A program made the translations under genes and the position numbers. A DNA stretch of 27,667 nucleotides from Candidatus Aenigmatarchaeota archaeon (GTDB lineage: Archaea; Aenigmatarchaeota; Aenigmatarchaeia; CG10238-14; SCSR01), in the NCBI GenBank assembly GCA_038998365.1, contig JAVZHJ010000001.1:1-27667 (forward strand), read 5' to 3'. A model generated the notes under the pieces. That model did not search any database. It was given only the letters and a program-made list of their open reading frames with translations, and had not been told where the DNA came from. Of this stretch, positions 8,797-16,488 are shown piece after piece (position 1 is the first letter of the stretch; every line of letters begins with the position of its first letter).

Positions 8797-10062
8797 ATGC
8801 CAAGAAAAAAGAAAGTGCAAAAAAAGGGGAAAATTAAAGAAGCTAGGCAAGCTAAGATAAAAAAGCCTAACAAGCTGAAAAGAAAAGTGATTTTCCTCTT
8901 AATAGACGGCTTGCCAGATTTAGCTGAGCAAAGAACTCCTTTGTCAGCAGCTCACAAACCAAATTTTGATTTCTTTGCAAGGAGTGGTATGTGTGGAGAA
9001 ATATTGCCAATAGAGAAGAAGTTCTGGAATGAGACAACAAGAACAAGCGTAAGCCATTTAGCAAATTTCTCTTTGCTTGGCTACGATTTAAAGCCTGAGC
9101 AAATGAAAAGAGGGCCAATTGAAGCTATAGGCTCAGACATACCTTACCAGCAAGGCTGGCTTGCCTTGAGATGCAATTTTGTCACCGTTGACAATGAGCT
9201 TAAAGTTTTGGATAGAAGGGTGGGAAGAAATTTTTTAGGCTTGGATGAAATCGCAAGATACATAAATGAGCATGTTAAGCTTGAAGTTGATCACATATTC
9301 ATGAGAACTTATGGACATAGAGCAGTTTTGATTTTGAAAGAAAAACTGAGCGATAAGATAAGCGATAGTGATCCCTATTTTAATTGGGAGAAAGTTAGGA
9401 AAATTGAAGCTTTTTCTCCAGAAGCTATAAGGTCTGCACAGCTTGTGCAAGAATTCATAGAAAAAGCAAGGCAAGTTATTGAATATCATCCAGCTAATGA
9501 GCAAAGGATTAAACAAGGCTTACCACCAGCAAACTACATAGTCACAAGGGAAGCTGGTAATAAGCTCCCAGCAATAAAAAACTTTCTCAAGAAATACAAA
9601 ATTCCAAAAGCTGTTTGTATTGCTGAAAATGGGGTGATGAAAGGGAGCTGCATGCTTGCGGGCTTTGATGCAATAACAATACCAGAGCTGAATTTTGAAC
9701 AAACTTTAAGGTTCATTTTTGACAACATAGAAAATGCTTTGGCTGAATATGATTTTGTTTATGCTCATGTTAAAGGGCCAGATGAGCCTGCTCATGATGG
9801 CGACTTCTTCAGGAAGCAGAAAGTGATTGAAAGAATAGATGATTATTTAGGAAGGCTTCGTGACTTCAATGGAATTTTAATCATAACTTCTGACCACATA
9901 ACTTCTTGCAAGACTAGGAAACATGAGTTTGGAGCAGTGCCAATTTTAATTTATGGAAAAGGTAGAGATGAAGTGCAAAAGTTTGATGAGCTTTCTGTGA
10001 AGAAAGGGAAGCTTAAGCTCATAAATGGTAAGAAGCTCTGGAAGATTGTATTTGGTAGATGA
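8797..10062 (+). CDS. apgM: 2,3-bisphosphoglycerate-independent phosphoglycerate mutase (archaeal ApgM type)
   Basis: LLIDGLPD, TPLSAAHKPNFD, S..ANFSLLGYD, RGPIEAIG, ALRCNF, HVKGPDEPAHDGD, ITSDH; Lys-rich N-terminal extension. Confidence 0.92.
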   Translation: MPRKKKVQKKGKIKEARQAKIKKPNKLKRKVIFLLIDGLPDLAEQRTPLSAAHKPNFDFFARSGMCGEILPIEKKFWNETTRTSVSHLANFSLLGYDLKPEQMKRGPIEAIGSDIPYQQGWLALRCNFVTVDNELKVLDRRVGRNFLGLDEIARYINEHVKLEVDHIFMRTYGHRAVLILKEKLSDKISDSDPYFNWEKVRKIEAFSPEAIRSAQLVQEFIEKARQVIEYHPANEQRIKQGLPPANYIVTREAGNKLPAIKNFLKKYKIPKAVCIAENGVMKGSCMLAGFDAITIPELNFEQTLRFIFDNIENALAEYDFVYAHVKGPDEPAHDGDFFRKQKVIERIDDYLGRLRDFNGILIITSDHITSCKTRKHEFGAVPILIYGKGRDEVQKFDELSVKKGKLKLINGKKLWKIVFGR

Positions 10063-10069
10063 GAAGATA

Positions 10070-10477
10070 TCATATCTTCTTTTTGATGAAAGCTATATCT
10101 TTCTTCATAACAGAAATTTCCTTTTTCATTAGAGACGTGTCTCTTTTCATCGTAGAGATCTCCATTTTTATTGTAGACATTTCTTTTTTCATCGTAGAGA
10201 TTTCCCCTTTCATTGTAGACATCTCTTTCTTCAGGGAAGCAACATCTTTCTTCACATTCAAAATTTCTGACTTAAGAAAGCCTATGCTTTCAGAAATATC
10301 TGAAACTTTTTTCCACAAACTCCAAAATCCTGTTAGCAGAGCTCCAAAAATTCCTATTATAGCACTGGGGAATTCCCCATGACTTACAAACTCACTATGA
10401 AAAATAAGCCAAATAATCAAACACAAAAGAAAAATGCTAGCCAACAAAAGTGCAATTAGCGAAGGGTCAACTTTCAT
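10070..10477 (-). CDS. Membrane protein: two predicted TM helices plus a heptad-repeat coiled coil
   Basis: Hydrophobic residues about 6-26 and 38-55, then KKEMSTM/KGEISTM/KKEMSTI/KMEISTM/KRDTSLM/KKEISVM repeats. Confidence 0.75.
   Translation of the reverse strand: MKVDPSLIALLLASIFLLCLIIWLIFHSEFVSHGEFPSAIIGIFGALLTGFWSLWKKVSDISESIGFLKSEILNVKKDVASLKKEMSTMKGEISTMKKEMSTIKMEISTMKRDTSLMKKEISVMKKDIAFIKKKI
10084..10270. repeat. Degenerate 21-nt tandem repeat with a 42-nt higher-order period (coding for heptads)
   Basis: cgtagagat at 10151 and 10193; tgtagacat at 10172 and 10214. Confidence 0.85.
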
Positions 10478-10587
10478 TTTATCACACCTGTTACTACAAG
10501 TGCAAAGAGTATATATCCTATTAGCATGAGAATGAAAAGGATAATACTGCCTATATCAGGAAACAATTCTTTCAGTAATTTGCCCAT
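10474..10587 (-). CDS. Small single-TM protein (37 aa: MGKLLKELFPDIGSIILFILMLIGYILFALVVTGVIK)
   Basis: Manual translation; TGA overlaps the ATG of the next gene (ATGA); TATA box about 26 nt upstream. Confidence 0.65.
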   Translation of the reverse strand: MGKLLKELFPDIGSIILFILMLIGYILFALVVTGVIK

Positions 10588-10607
10588 AAGAAGAGTTTAT
10601 TGGGGAT

Positions 10608-10617
10608 TATTTATATA
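10608..10617 (-). promoter_or_regulatory. Archaeal TATA box (TATATAAATA) for a probably leaderless transcript of the 37-aa ORF
   Basis: Centred about 26 nt upstream of the ATG at 10587. Confidence 0.55.
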
Positions 10618-10641
10618 GATTTGGAACTTCAAAAGTTGTAA

Positions 10642-11167
10642 TCAATCTTTAAAAACTTCATAGTGGAGTTGGATTTCATTTTTTGAAATTTTCTTTACTT
10701 CAAGCAATTTGAGTTTGGCTTCAAAGTCCAAACTTTCAAAAATTCTTATTCCTTTCCCGAAGACAATCGGCTCGATGTCAATGTAAATTTCATCAATTAA
10801 ATTTTCTTCCATAAAACTCGAATTCAATTTTCCACCACCACAAACCATTATCGTTTTGAATCCTCCTTTCTTTAAAATTTCTATCGCCTCTCTCGGGGAT
10901 TTTGCTGTAGAGACAAACTCAGGATCATGAATTTTTATTTGATTTTTTGTGACAACAATTGTCCTAATTTTGTTGAGATTAGAGCGATTAAATTCATCAT
11001 TTTTGAGCATAATTTCATAGGTTCTTCTTCCTATAACCATGTTGCCATGTTTTTTTGATCATGCTACTGTAGCTTTTCCATTCAACTTCACTAACCCAAC
11101 TTGTATCATCATTTTCTTTTGCTATCATACCGTTCGGTGTTGCTGCCATATAGAGGACAATTTTCAT
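10642..11167 (-). pseudogene. Dihydrofolate reductase/RibD C-terminal family protein, split by a +1 frameshift
   Basis: Unlisted 50-aa ORF 11015..11167 (MKIVLYMAATPNGMIAKENDDTSWVS) plus track ORF 10642..11040 (MVIGRRTYE, VCGGGKLNSSF, LIDEIYIDIEPIVFGKG). A7 run (T7 at 11050-11056); an A6 run would give one 174-aa frame. Confidence 0.85.
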
Positions 11168-11226
11168 AATATTTAAAAATGCTTTTTAAATATAACTTAA
11201 TTATAGCTCAAAACAAATTCTAATTA

Positions 11227-12411
11227 ATGATAGCAAGAAGGCTTGAAATAAGGCAAATCTTTGCCACAAACTCCAAGAAAACAATTGAAGTTGAGATTGA
11301 AACAGCAAAAGGCAAAGTTAGAGCTTCTGTTCCAATAGGCACTAGCAGGGGAAAGCATGAAGTTTTTTATTTACCAACAGAAGAAGCGATAAACAAGTTC
11401 AACTTGATAAGGAGAAGCTTCACGAATGAAGAATTCAAAGATCAAGAAGAAGTTGACGAGCTTATAAGAACAATAGATAAGACACCAGAGCTCAAAGAGA
11501 TTGGTGGAAATTTGGCTTTAGCAATTTCTTCAGCTTTCTTGAAAGCTTTTGCTTTGAATGAAGGTTTAGAAGTTTTCGAATATTTGGCAACTTTAACTAA
11601 AAGTGAGCTAAAAATGCCTAAGCCGGTTTGCAATGTTGCCGGAGGCTGGAAAGAAAGCAGGAGCGACATCCAAGAATTCTTGCTCTTGCCTGTTCATCAA
11701 TCCTCTTTTTTCGACTCAATTTCAAAAATCTCTCAAGCTTACCTTGATTTGAGCAAAACTTTAAAGCAAGCTGATCCAACTTTTGCTTATGGTAGGAATT
11801 GGGAATCAGGCTGGGTCACAAACTTGAACTTCATAGAGCTTTTGAACATTTTGAAGAAAATTGCAAATGAAAACTTGCTGAGAATTGGTTTGGATATAGC
11901 AGCTTCCCAGCTCTGGGATGGTAATCAGTATTATGTTTACCGCTATTCCAACAAAATCTTAAGCAGAATTGAGCAGCTCAGATTTATTCAAGATTTAGCC
12001 AAAGAATATCCAATAAGCTACATAGAAGATCCTTTCATGGAAGATGATTTCGTCTCTTTTGCTTCTCTCACAAGCATGCTGCCAAACAAGCTAATAGTAG
12101 CTGATGATTTGTTCGCAACAAATCTGAAAAGGTTGAAAGATGGTATAGAATTGAAAGCAGCAAATGCTATGATAGTGAAGCCTAGCCAAGCTGGAACGAT
12201 AAGTGATGTAATAAGAGTAGTGAAGCTTGCAAAAGAGAATAATATTATTACAGTAATGTCCCATCGCTCTGGAGAAACTGAAGACGATTTGATTGCTCAT
12301 TTAGCTATTGGCTTGGGCTGTGAGTATGTGAAATTTGGAATCTCTGGCGAAAGGATAAACAAGTTGAATGAAATGATAAGAATAGAAGAAAAAATTTCAG
12401 AAGAATTTTGA
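11227..12411 (+). CDS. eno: Enolase (divergent)
   Basis: ASVPIGTSRG, IGGN.ALAIS, DIQEF, LDIAAS, IEDPF, ADDLF, VKPSQ, SHRSGETED, VKFG. Confidence 0.92.
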   Translation: MIARRLEIRQIFATNSKKTIEVEIETAKGKVRASVPIGTSRGKHEVFYLPTEEAINKFNLIRRSFTNEEFKDQEEVDELIRTIDKTPELKEIGGNLALAISSAFLKAFALNEGLEVFEYLATLTKSELKMPKPVCNVAGGWKESRSDIQEFLLLPVHQSSFFDSISKISQAYLDLSKTLKQADPTFAYGRNWESGWVTNLNFIELLNILKKIANENLLRIGLDIAASQLWDGNQYYVYRYSNKILSRIEQLRFIQDLAKEYPISYIEDPFMEDDFVSFASLTSMLPNKLIVADDLFATNLKRLKDGIELKAANAMIVKPSQAGTISDVIRVVKLAKENNIITVMSHRSGETEDDLIAHLAIGLGCEYVKFGISGERINKLNEMIRIEEKISEEF

Positions 12412-12447
12412 AAAATTTTTTTAAATTCTAAATGATATATAAGGATA

Positions 12448-13101
12448 ATGAAAAAATATTCTTACGCTAAAAGTAAGCTCAACAACCAAATTTCAAATCA
12501 TATCAAGCGCTTGAAAAAATGGAAGTACAAGAACTTGTTTCTCTTCTGTTTGAGCATTGTTGTAGCTTATTTTATATTAAAAAACGAGGAAAGTCTTACT
12601 TTTCTGAAGAGTTTGCATGGTCTTGGCTACCTTTCAGCTTTCATTGCTGGTGCGCTATTCACTTCAAGCCTGACAGTTGCCCCCGCTACTGCTCTAATTT
12701 ACACTTTAGGCTCAACTTTTAATCCTCTTGTCCTAGCTTTCATAGGAGCTTTCGGTTCTTTGATGAGCGATTATTTGATTTTTAGGTTTGTGAAGCACAG
12801 GCTTGTAGATGAAATAAAGCTTTTGCATGAAGAAGTGAAGAAATTTTTAAGGCCTGTGACAAAACCTTTTGTGCCAAAAGATTTAAGGTTTAGGCTTTGG
12901 TTGTGGCAAAGGGCTGTTAATTCCAGGCTTAGATGGCTTATTCCAGTCATAGCTGGTTTTATAATAGCTTCTCCCTTGCCTGATGAGTTTGGAGTTGCTT
13001 TGCTTGGAGCAGCAAAATATGAAACAAAAAGGTTTGCCGTGCTATCTTACTTCTTGAATTTCATGGGAATACTTTTAGTTGCTTTTGTGGGAAGCCTTTA
13101 G
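12448..13101 (+). CDS. Membrane protein, VTT/DedA-like (tentative)
   Basis: Multiple TM segments; G..GS..SDYLIFRF and IIASPLPDE motifs resemble the SNARE-associated/VTT fold. Confidence 0.6.
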   Translation: MKKYSYAKSKLNNQISNHIKRLKKWKYKNLFLFCLSIVVAYFILKNEESLTFLKSLHGLGYLSAFIAGALFTSSLTVAPATALIYTLGSTFNPLVLAFIGAFGSLMSDYLIFRFVKHRLVDEIKLLHEEVKKFLRPVTKPFVPKDLRFRLWLWQRAVNSRLRWLIPVIAGFIIASPLPDEFGVALLGAAKYETKRFAVLSYFLNFMGILLVAFVGSL

Positions 13102-13128
13102 ATAAATTTAGAAAGTTAAAAAAAATAT

Positions 13129-14157
13129 ATGATTCTAATAGATGGCTCAGAAGGTTGGGGCCAAGTCTTGAGAACAAGCATTGCTCTAGCTGCTTTAACT
13201 CTCAAGCCAATAAAAGTCATAAACATAAGAGCTTCAAGACCAAAGCCTGGCTTGATGCCTCAACATTTGATGGGAATAAAAGTTGCTGCTGAATTTTGTG
13301 ATGCTGAAGTTTTTGGCTTGGAATACGGTTCAATGGAAGTAGAGTTCAAGCCTAGGAAACTTGATGTCAAAGATAAAACTATAGATATAGGCACAGCAGG
13401 CAGCATTTCTTTGCTATTGCAAACTTTAACTCCAATGCTAGCTTTTGCTAAAAAACAAGTAAGCCTTGAAATTATTGGCGGTACAGCAGGCTTAGGCTCA
13501 CCAACAATAGAATTTCTCCAGCATGTAACTTTCCCAATTTTAAGTAAGCTTAGCCTTCCTTTGCCTGAAATTGAAGTTTTAAAGCAAGGTTTTTACCCAA
13601 GAGGAGGAGGCAGGGTAAAGATAACTTTTAGGCCAACCAAGCTTTTAACTTCTGTAAACTTAACAAATCCAGGAAAAGTTTTAGCAATAAAAGGGATTTC
13701 TGTTGCAGGAAGCTTGCCTGAGTCAATAGCTTTAAGGCAAGCTGAAGCCGCAAAGCAGGCTTTGAGCAAGATAACGGAAAACATTCAAATTCAGCACTAT
13801 TCAGCAGCAACCTATTCCCAAGGCACATCAATCACACTTTGGGCTGAAACTGAGAATTCAATCCTTGGCTCGGATAATTTGGGCAAGCGTGGTGTTAGAG
13901 CTGAAGATATTGGAAGAGAAGCTGCTCAAGCTTTGATAAAATCAATTGAATCAAAAGCAGCTTTGGATAAATTCATGTCAGACCAAATAATTCCTTTCTT
14001 AGCTTTAGCTCATGGTAAATCTTCTGTAACAGTGGAAGAAATAACTCAGCATTGCCTCTCAAACATTTCTGTTTGCGAAAAAATTTTAGGCTGCAAGTTC
14101 TCTGTTGACAAGGCAAACAAAAGAATAGAAGTTGAAGGCATAAACTTCACACTTTAA
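13129..14157 (+). CDS. rtcA: RNA 3'-terminal phosphate cyclase
   Basis: IDGSEG.GQVLRTS, NIRASRPKPGL.PQH, GFYPRGGG, DQIIPFLAL, and catalytic His in TQHCLSN. Confidence 0.93.
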   Translation: MILIDGSEGWGQVLRTSIALAALTLKPIKVINIRASRPKPGLMPQHLMGIKVAAEFCDAEVFGLEYGSMEVEFKPRKLDVKDKTIDIGTAGSISLLLQTLTPMLAFAKKQVSLEIIGGTAGLGSPTIEFLQHVTFPILSKLSLPLPEIEVLKQGFYPRGGGRVKITFRPTKLLTSVNLTNPGKVLAIKGISVAGSLPESIALRQAEAAKQALSKITENIQIQHYSAATYSQGTSITLWAETENSILGSDNLGKRGVRAEDIGREAAQALIKSIESKAALDKFMSDQIIPFLALAHGKSSVTVEEITQHCLSNISVCEKILGCKFSVDKANKRIEVEGINFTL

Positions 14158-14185
14158 TTTTTAATCAAGAAAACAATTTCTTATT

Positions 14186-15165
14186 ATGCAGAGATTTCCT
14201 CCAAGAACAGCTGGAAGGCAAATGATAACCGAAGTTCCAATAGTTAAAGTTGGCCAAACTGTCAACGAGATAAAAAAATTGATCTCTAGAAAGACAAAGC
14301 GATTTGTAACCATTGATTACATTTATGTTGTTGATGAAGAAAATGTTCTGAAGGGGGTGATCTCAATCAAAGAACTTTTTGAAGTCAAAAAGAACAAGCG
14401 AATAGAAGAAGTGATGAAGAAAGATGTGATTTACGTTCATCCCTTTACTCATCAAGAAAGAATAGTTTATTTGGCTCTTTCACATGGAATAAAGATGATG
14501 CCAGTTGTTGATAAAGAAAAACATTTTTTGGGCGTGATTCCTTATGATACAATACTCCAAATCTTCAATCAAGAAGTTCGTGAGGATATTTTCAGCTTCG
14601 GTGGAATTTTTCATAGAGTTGGTCAAGAATTCAACACGATAAAAGATTCACCCAAAAAATGGTGAGGAGAAGAATGCCTTGGCTTTTGGTTGGAATTATT
14701 GGTGGAACAATAGCTGCCATGATAGTCAGCTTTTTTGAAGCCATGCTAAGCAAGTATTTGGTCTTAGCAGCTTTCATTCCAGTTCTAGTTTATGTGAGCG
14801 ATGCAGCTGGCACACAATCTGAAACTTTGATAGTTCGCGGTTTTGCTTTAGATCCAAAATTATCAATAAAGAATTGGGTGAAAAGGGAGCTACTTGTGGC
14901 ACTTTACCTTGCATTTGCTTGTGGCTTGCTCTTGGCAATTTTTGAAATCATAGGCTGGCAGAGAAATCTTTCCATAGCTTGGGTTGTTGGTTTTTCGATG
15001 TTCTTAGGCATAATTGCTGGAACTTCAATTTCCACTTTCTTGCCAATTGTTTTGAAAAAAATGAACATAGATCCTGCTGTTGCTGCTGGTCCATTTGCAA
15101 CTTTGCTTAGTGATATAGCTACTCTAGCAATTTATTTCAGTGTGGCAAGCATCTTCCTCATCTAA
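14186..15165 (+). pseudogene. mgtE: MgtE-type magnesium transporter (CBS pair plus membrane domain), split by a -1 frameshift
   Basis: CBS ORF 14186..14665 (TAGRQM, YIYVVD, MPVVD) and TM ORF 14659..15165 (RRMPWL, DPAVAAGPFATLLSDI). One extra A in the A6 run at 14654-14659 gives SPKKMVRRRMPW, 326 aa. Confidence 0.8.
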
Positions 15166-15268
15166 ACTGGCAAATCAGCTCGTGTTTCGCTAAATCTTTG
15201 TACACTGGTTTTTTGCAAAACTTACAAATTCCTTCAGGCTTTGGCAGTTCATTTGAGCTCTCTGCCAT
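15158..15268 (-). CDS. Small C2HC zinc-finger peptide (36 aa: MAESSNELPKPEGICKFCKKPVYKDLAKHELICQFR)
   Basis: Manual translation; C-x2-C-x10-H-x3-C spacing; ATG 7 nt after the Hsp20 stop with GTAGGA upstream. Confidence 0.6.
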   Translation of the reverse strand: MAESSNELPKPEGICKFCKKPVYKDLAKHELICQFR

Positions 15269-15275
15269 AGCTATC

Positions 15276-15701
15276 CTACTCAACTTTTATTTCTTTTCCT
15301 GCTTTCTTCTTTATCTTCTTTGGCAAAATTATTGTTAGAACACCATTCTTCATTTCAGCTCTAGCTTTCTCATAATCAACAGGCACAGGCAAAGTCAAGA
15401 ATCTTCTCATTTCTCCTAACCTTCTTTCGGCTCTGAATACCTTTTCCGTCTTTTCCAATTTCTTTTCCTTGTGCTGAGCCAAAATTTCCAAAGTGTTTTC
15501 CGTTGCTCTTATAGTTACATCTGTTTTTTCAAATCCTGGCAAGTCTGCCTTGACTATTAGCTCGTCATCTGTTTCACTCACATCAACTGGGAAGCTTCTG
15601 AAGGCTTCTAGTTCTTCTTCTATTGGCAACCACATCCTTCTCATGAGAAAGTTTAACCTTCTTCTCATCCTTTCAAATTCATCCCAAGGATCTTCCCACA
15701 T
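15276..15701 (-). CDS. hsp20: Small heat-shock protein (Hsp20/alpha-crystallin)
   Basis: [54 protein letters not shown]; SD GGTGAT. Confidence 0.95.
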   Translation of the reverse strand: MWEDPWDEFERMRRRLNFLMRRMWLPIEEELEAFRSFPVDVSETDDELIVKADLPGFEKTDVTIRATENTLEILAQHKEKKLEKTEKVFRAERRLGEMRRFLTLPVPVDYEKARAEMKNGVLTIILPKKIKKKAGKEIKVE

Positions 15702-15775
15702 ATCATCACCGAATTTAGATTATTTAAACACTAAAAATATATATTTTTCAAACTTATTTAAAAAGCTTATGGTTC

Positions 15776-16012
15776 CTAGGCTGAAGATTCTAGCTTGCCA
15801 CCACGATGCACATATTCAAAAATCACTTCTTTTTTTACTGATTCAGGAATGTTTTTAAGAATGACTTGACCTAAAACTTTTTTCAGCTCTGAGTTACTTA
15901 AGCTTCTGAGCATATTTCTTATTTCATCCAGTTGAATTTCATCTATTTCTCCATACAAATCTTTAACTCTGCTTTGAGAATATTTTGCAATTAGCTCTAA
16001 AACTTCAGCCAT
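15776..16012 (-). CDS. Hypothetical protein (78 aa)
   Basis: Starts immediately after the rps27e stop; no motif recognised. Confidence 0.65.
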   Translation of the reverse strand: MAEVLELIAKYSQSRVKDLYGEIDEIQLDEIRNMLRSLSNSELKKVLGQVILKNIPESVKKEVIFEYVHRGGKLESSA

Positions 16013-16207
16013 TTAGCCAAACCTCTCTAAAACTTTTCCTTTAACTCTAGCTTCTCCACCAGTTGGCTCTGCCAAAATTTCATTACACTTCAAGCATTTT
16101 ACAAGTGTGGTAGCTTTGCTGAAAATCACTTGCTCATTCTTACACTTTAAACACAAAACTCTCAAGAACTTGCTTTCAGGCAAAGTCACCAAGTTTTTAG
16201 TCTTCAT
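16013..16207 (-). CDS. rps27e: 30S ribosomal protein S27e
   Basis: [20 protein letters not shown]...[16 protein letters not shown]; directly follows rpl44e. Confidence 0.95.
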   Translation of the reverse strand: MKTKNLVTLPESKFLRVLCLKCKNEQVIFSKATTLVKCLKCNEILAEPTGGEARVKGKVLERFG

Positions 16208-16488
16208 TTCTTCACCAGTTCAAACTTTTTAGCACGCCAGCCTTCGCCTTTAACATGCATTTTCCCACAAACTTTACACTTGAACCTCAAATCAACTTTT
16301 TTTGTTGGTTTTTCCCTTCCTTTTGGGTTTGAACGTGGGAACGAGCCGTAACCCTTCATCTTTCGCTTGAAAATTCTCTGACCATGAGTCATGCTACCCT
16401 TTGCTCTTCTCTTGGCTATTTCAACTTCATGTAGCTGGTGTGACTTACAATACGGACAATAAGTCCTGATTACTTTTGGGAATTTCAT
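16204..16488 (-). CDS. rpl44e: 50S ribosomal protein L44e (complete copy)
   Basis: [33 protein letters not shown]; SD AAGGTG at 16497-16502. Confidence 0.96.
   Translation of the reverse strand: MKFPKVIRTYCPYCKSHQLHEVEIAKRRAKGSMTHGQRIFKRKMKGYGSFPRSNPKGREKPTKKVDLRFKCKVCGKMHVKGEGWRAKKFELVKK

Noticed and set aside
10059-10382. 107-aa + strand ORF with apparent hydrophobic repeats
   Set aside because: Antisense read-out of the heptad repeat; the minus-strand protein has a coherent architecture and a coupled upstream gene.
10474-10587. 37-aa TM peptide as a type IV pilin substrate of the A24 peptidase
   Set aside because: No class III signal ([KR]-[GA] cleavage site directly followed by a hydrophobic run).
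13129-13170. RtcA N-terminal motif DGSEGWGQ instead of DGSxGEGGGQ
   Set aside because: Short variants of this loop are plausible within the family and the catalytic His is retained.
14651-14657. CCCAAAA as a canonical -1 slippery heptamer in mgtE
   Set aside because: It is out of register with the translated frame (CCC AAA AAA); only single-tRNA or polymerase slippage remains possible.
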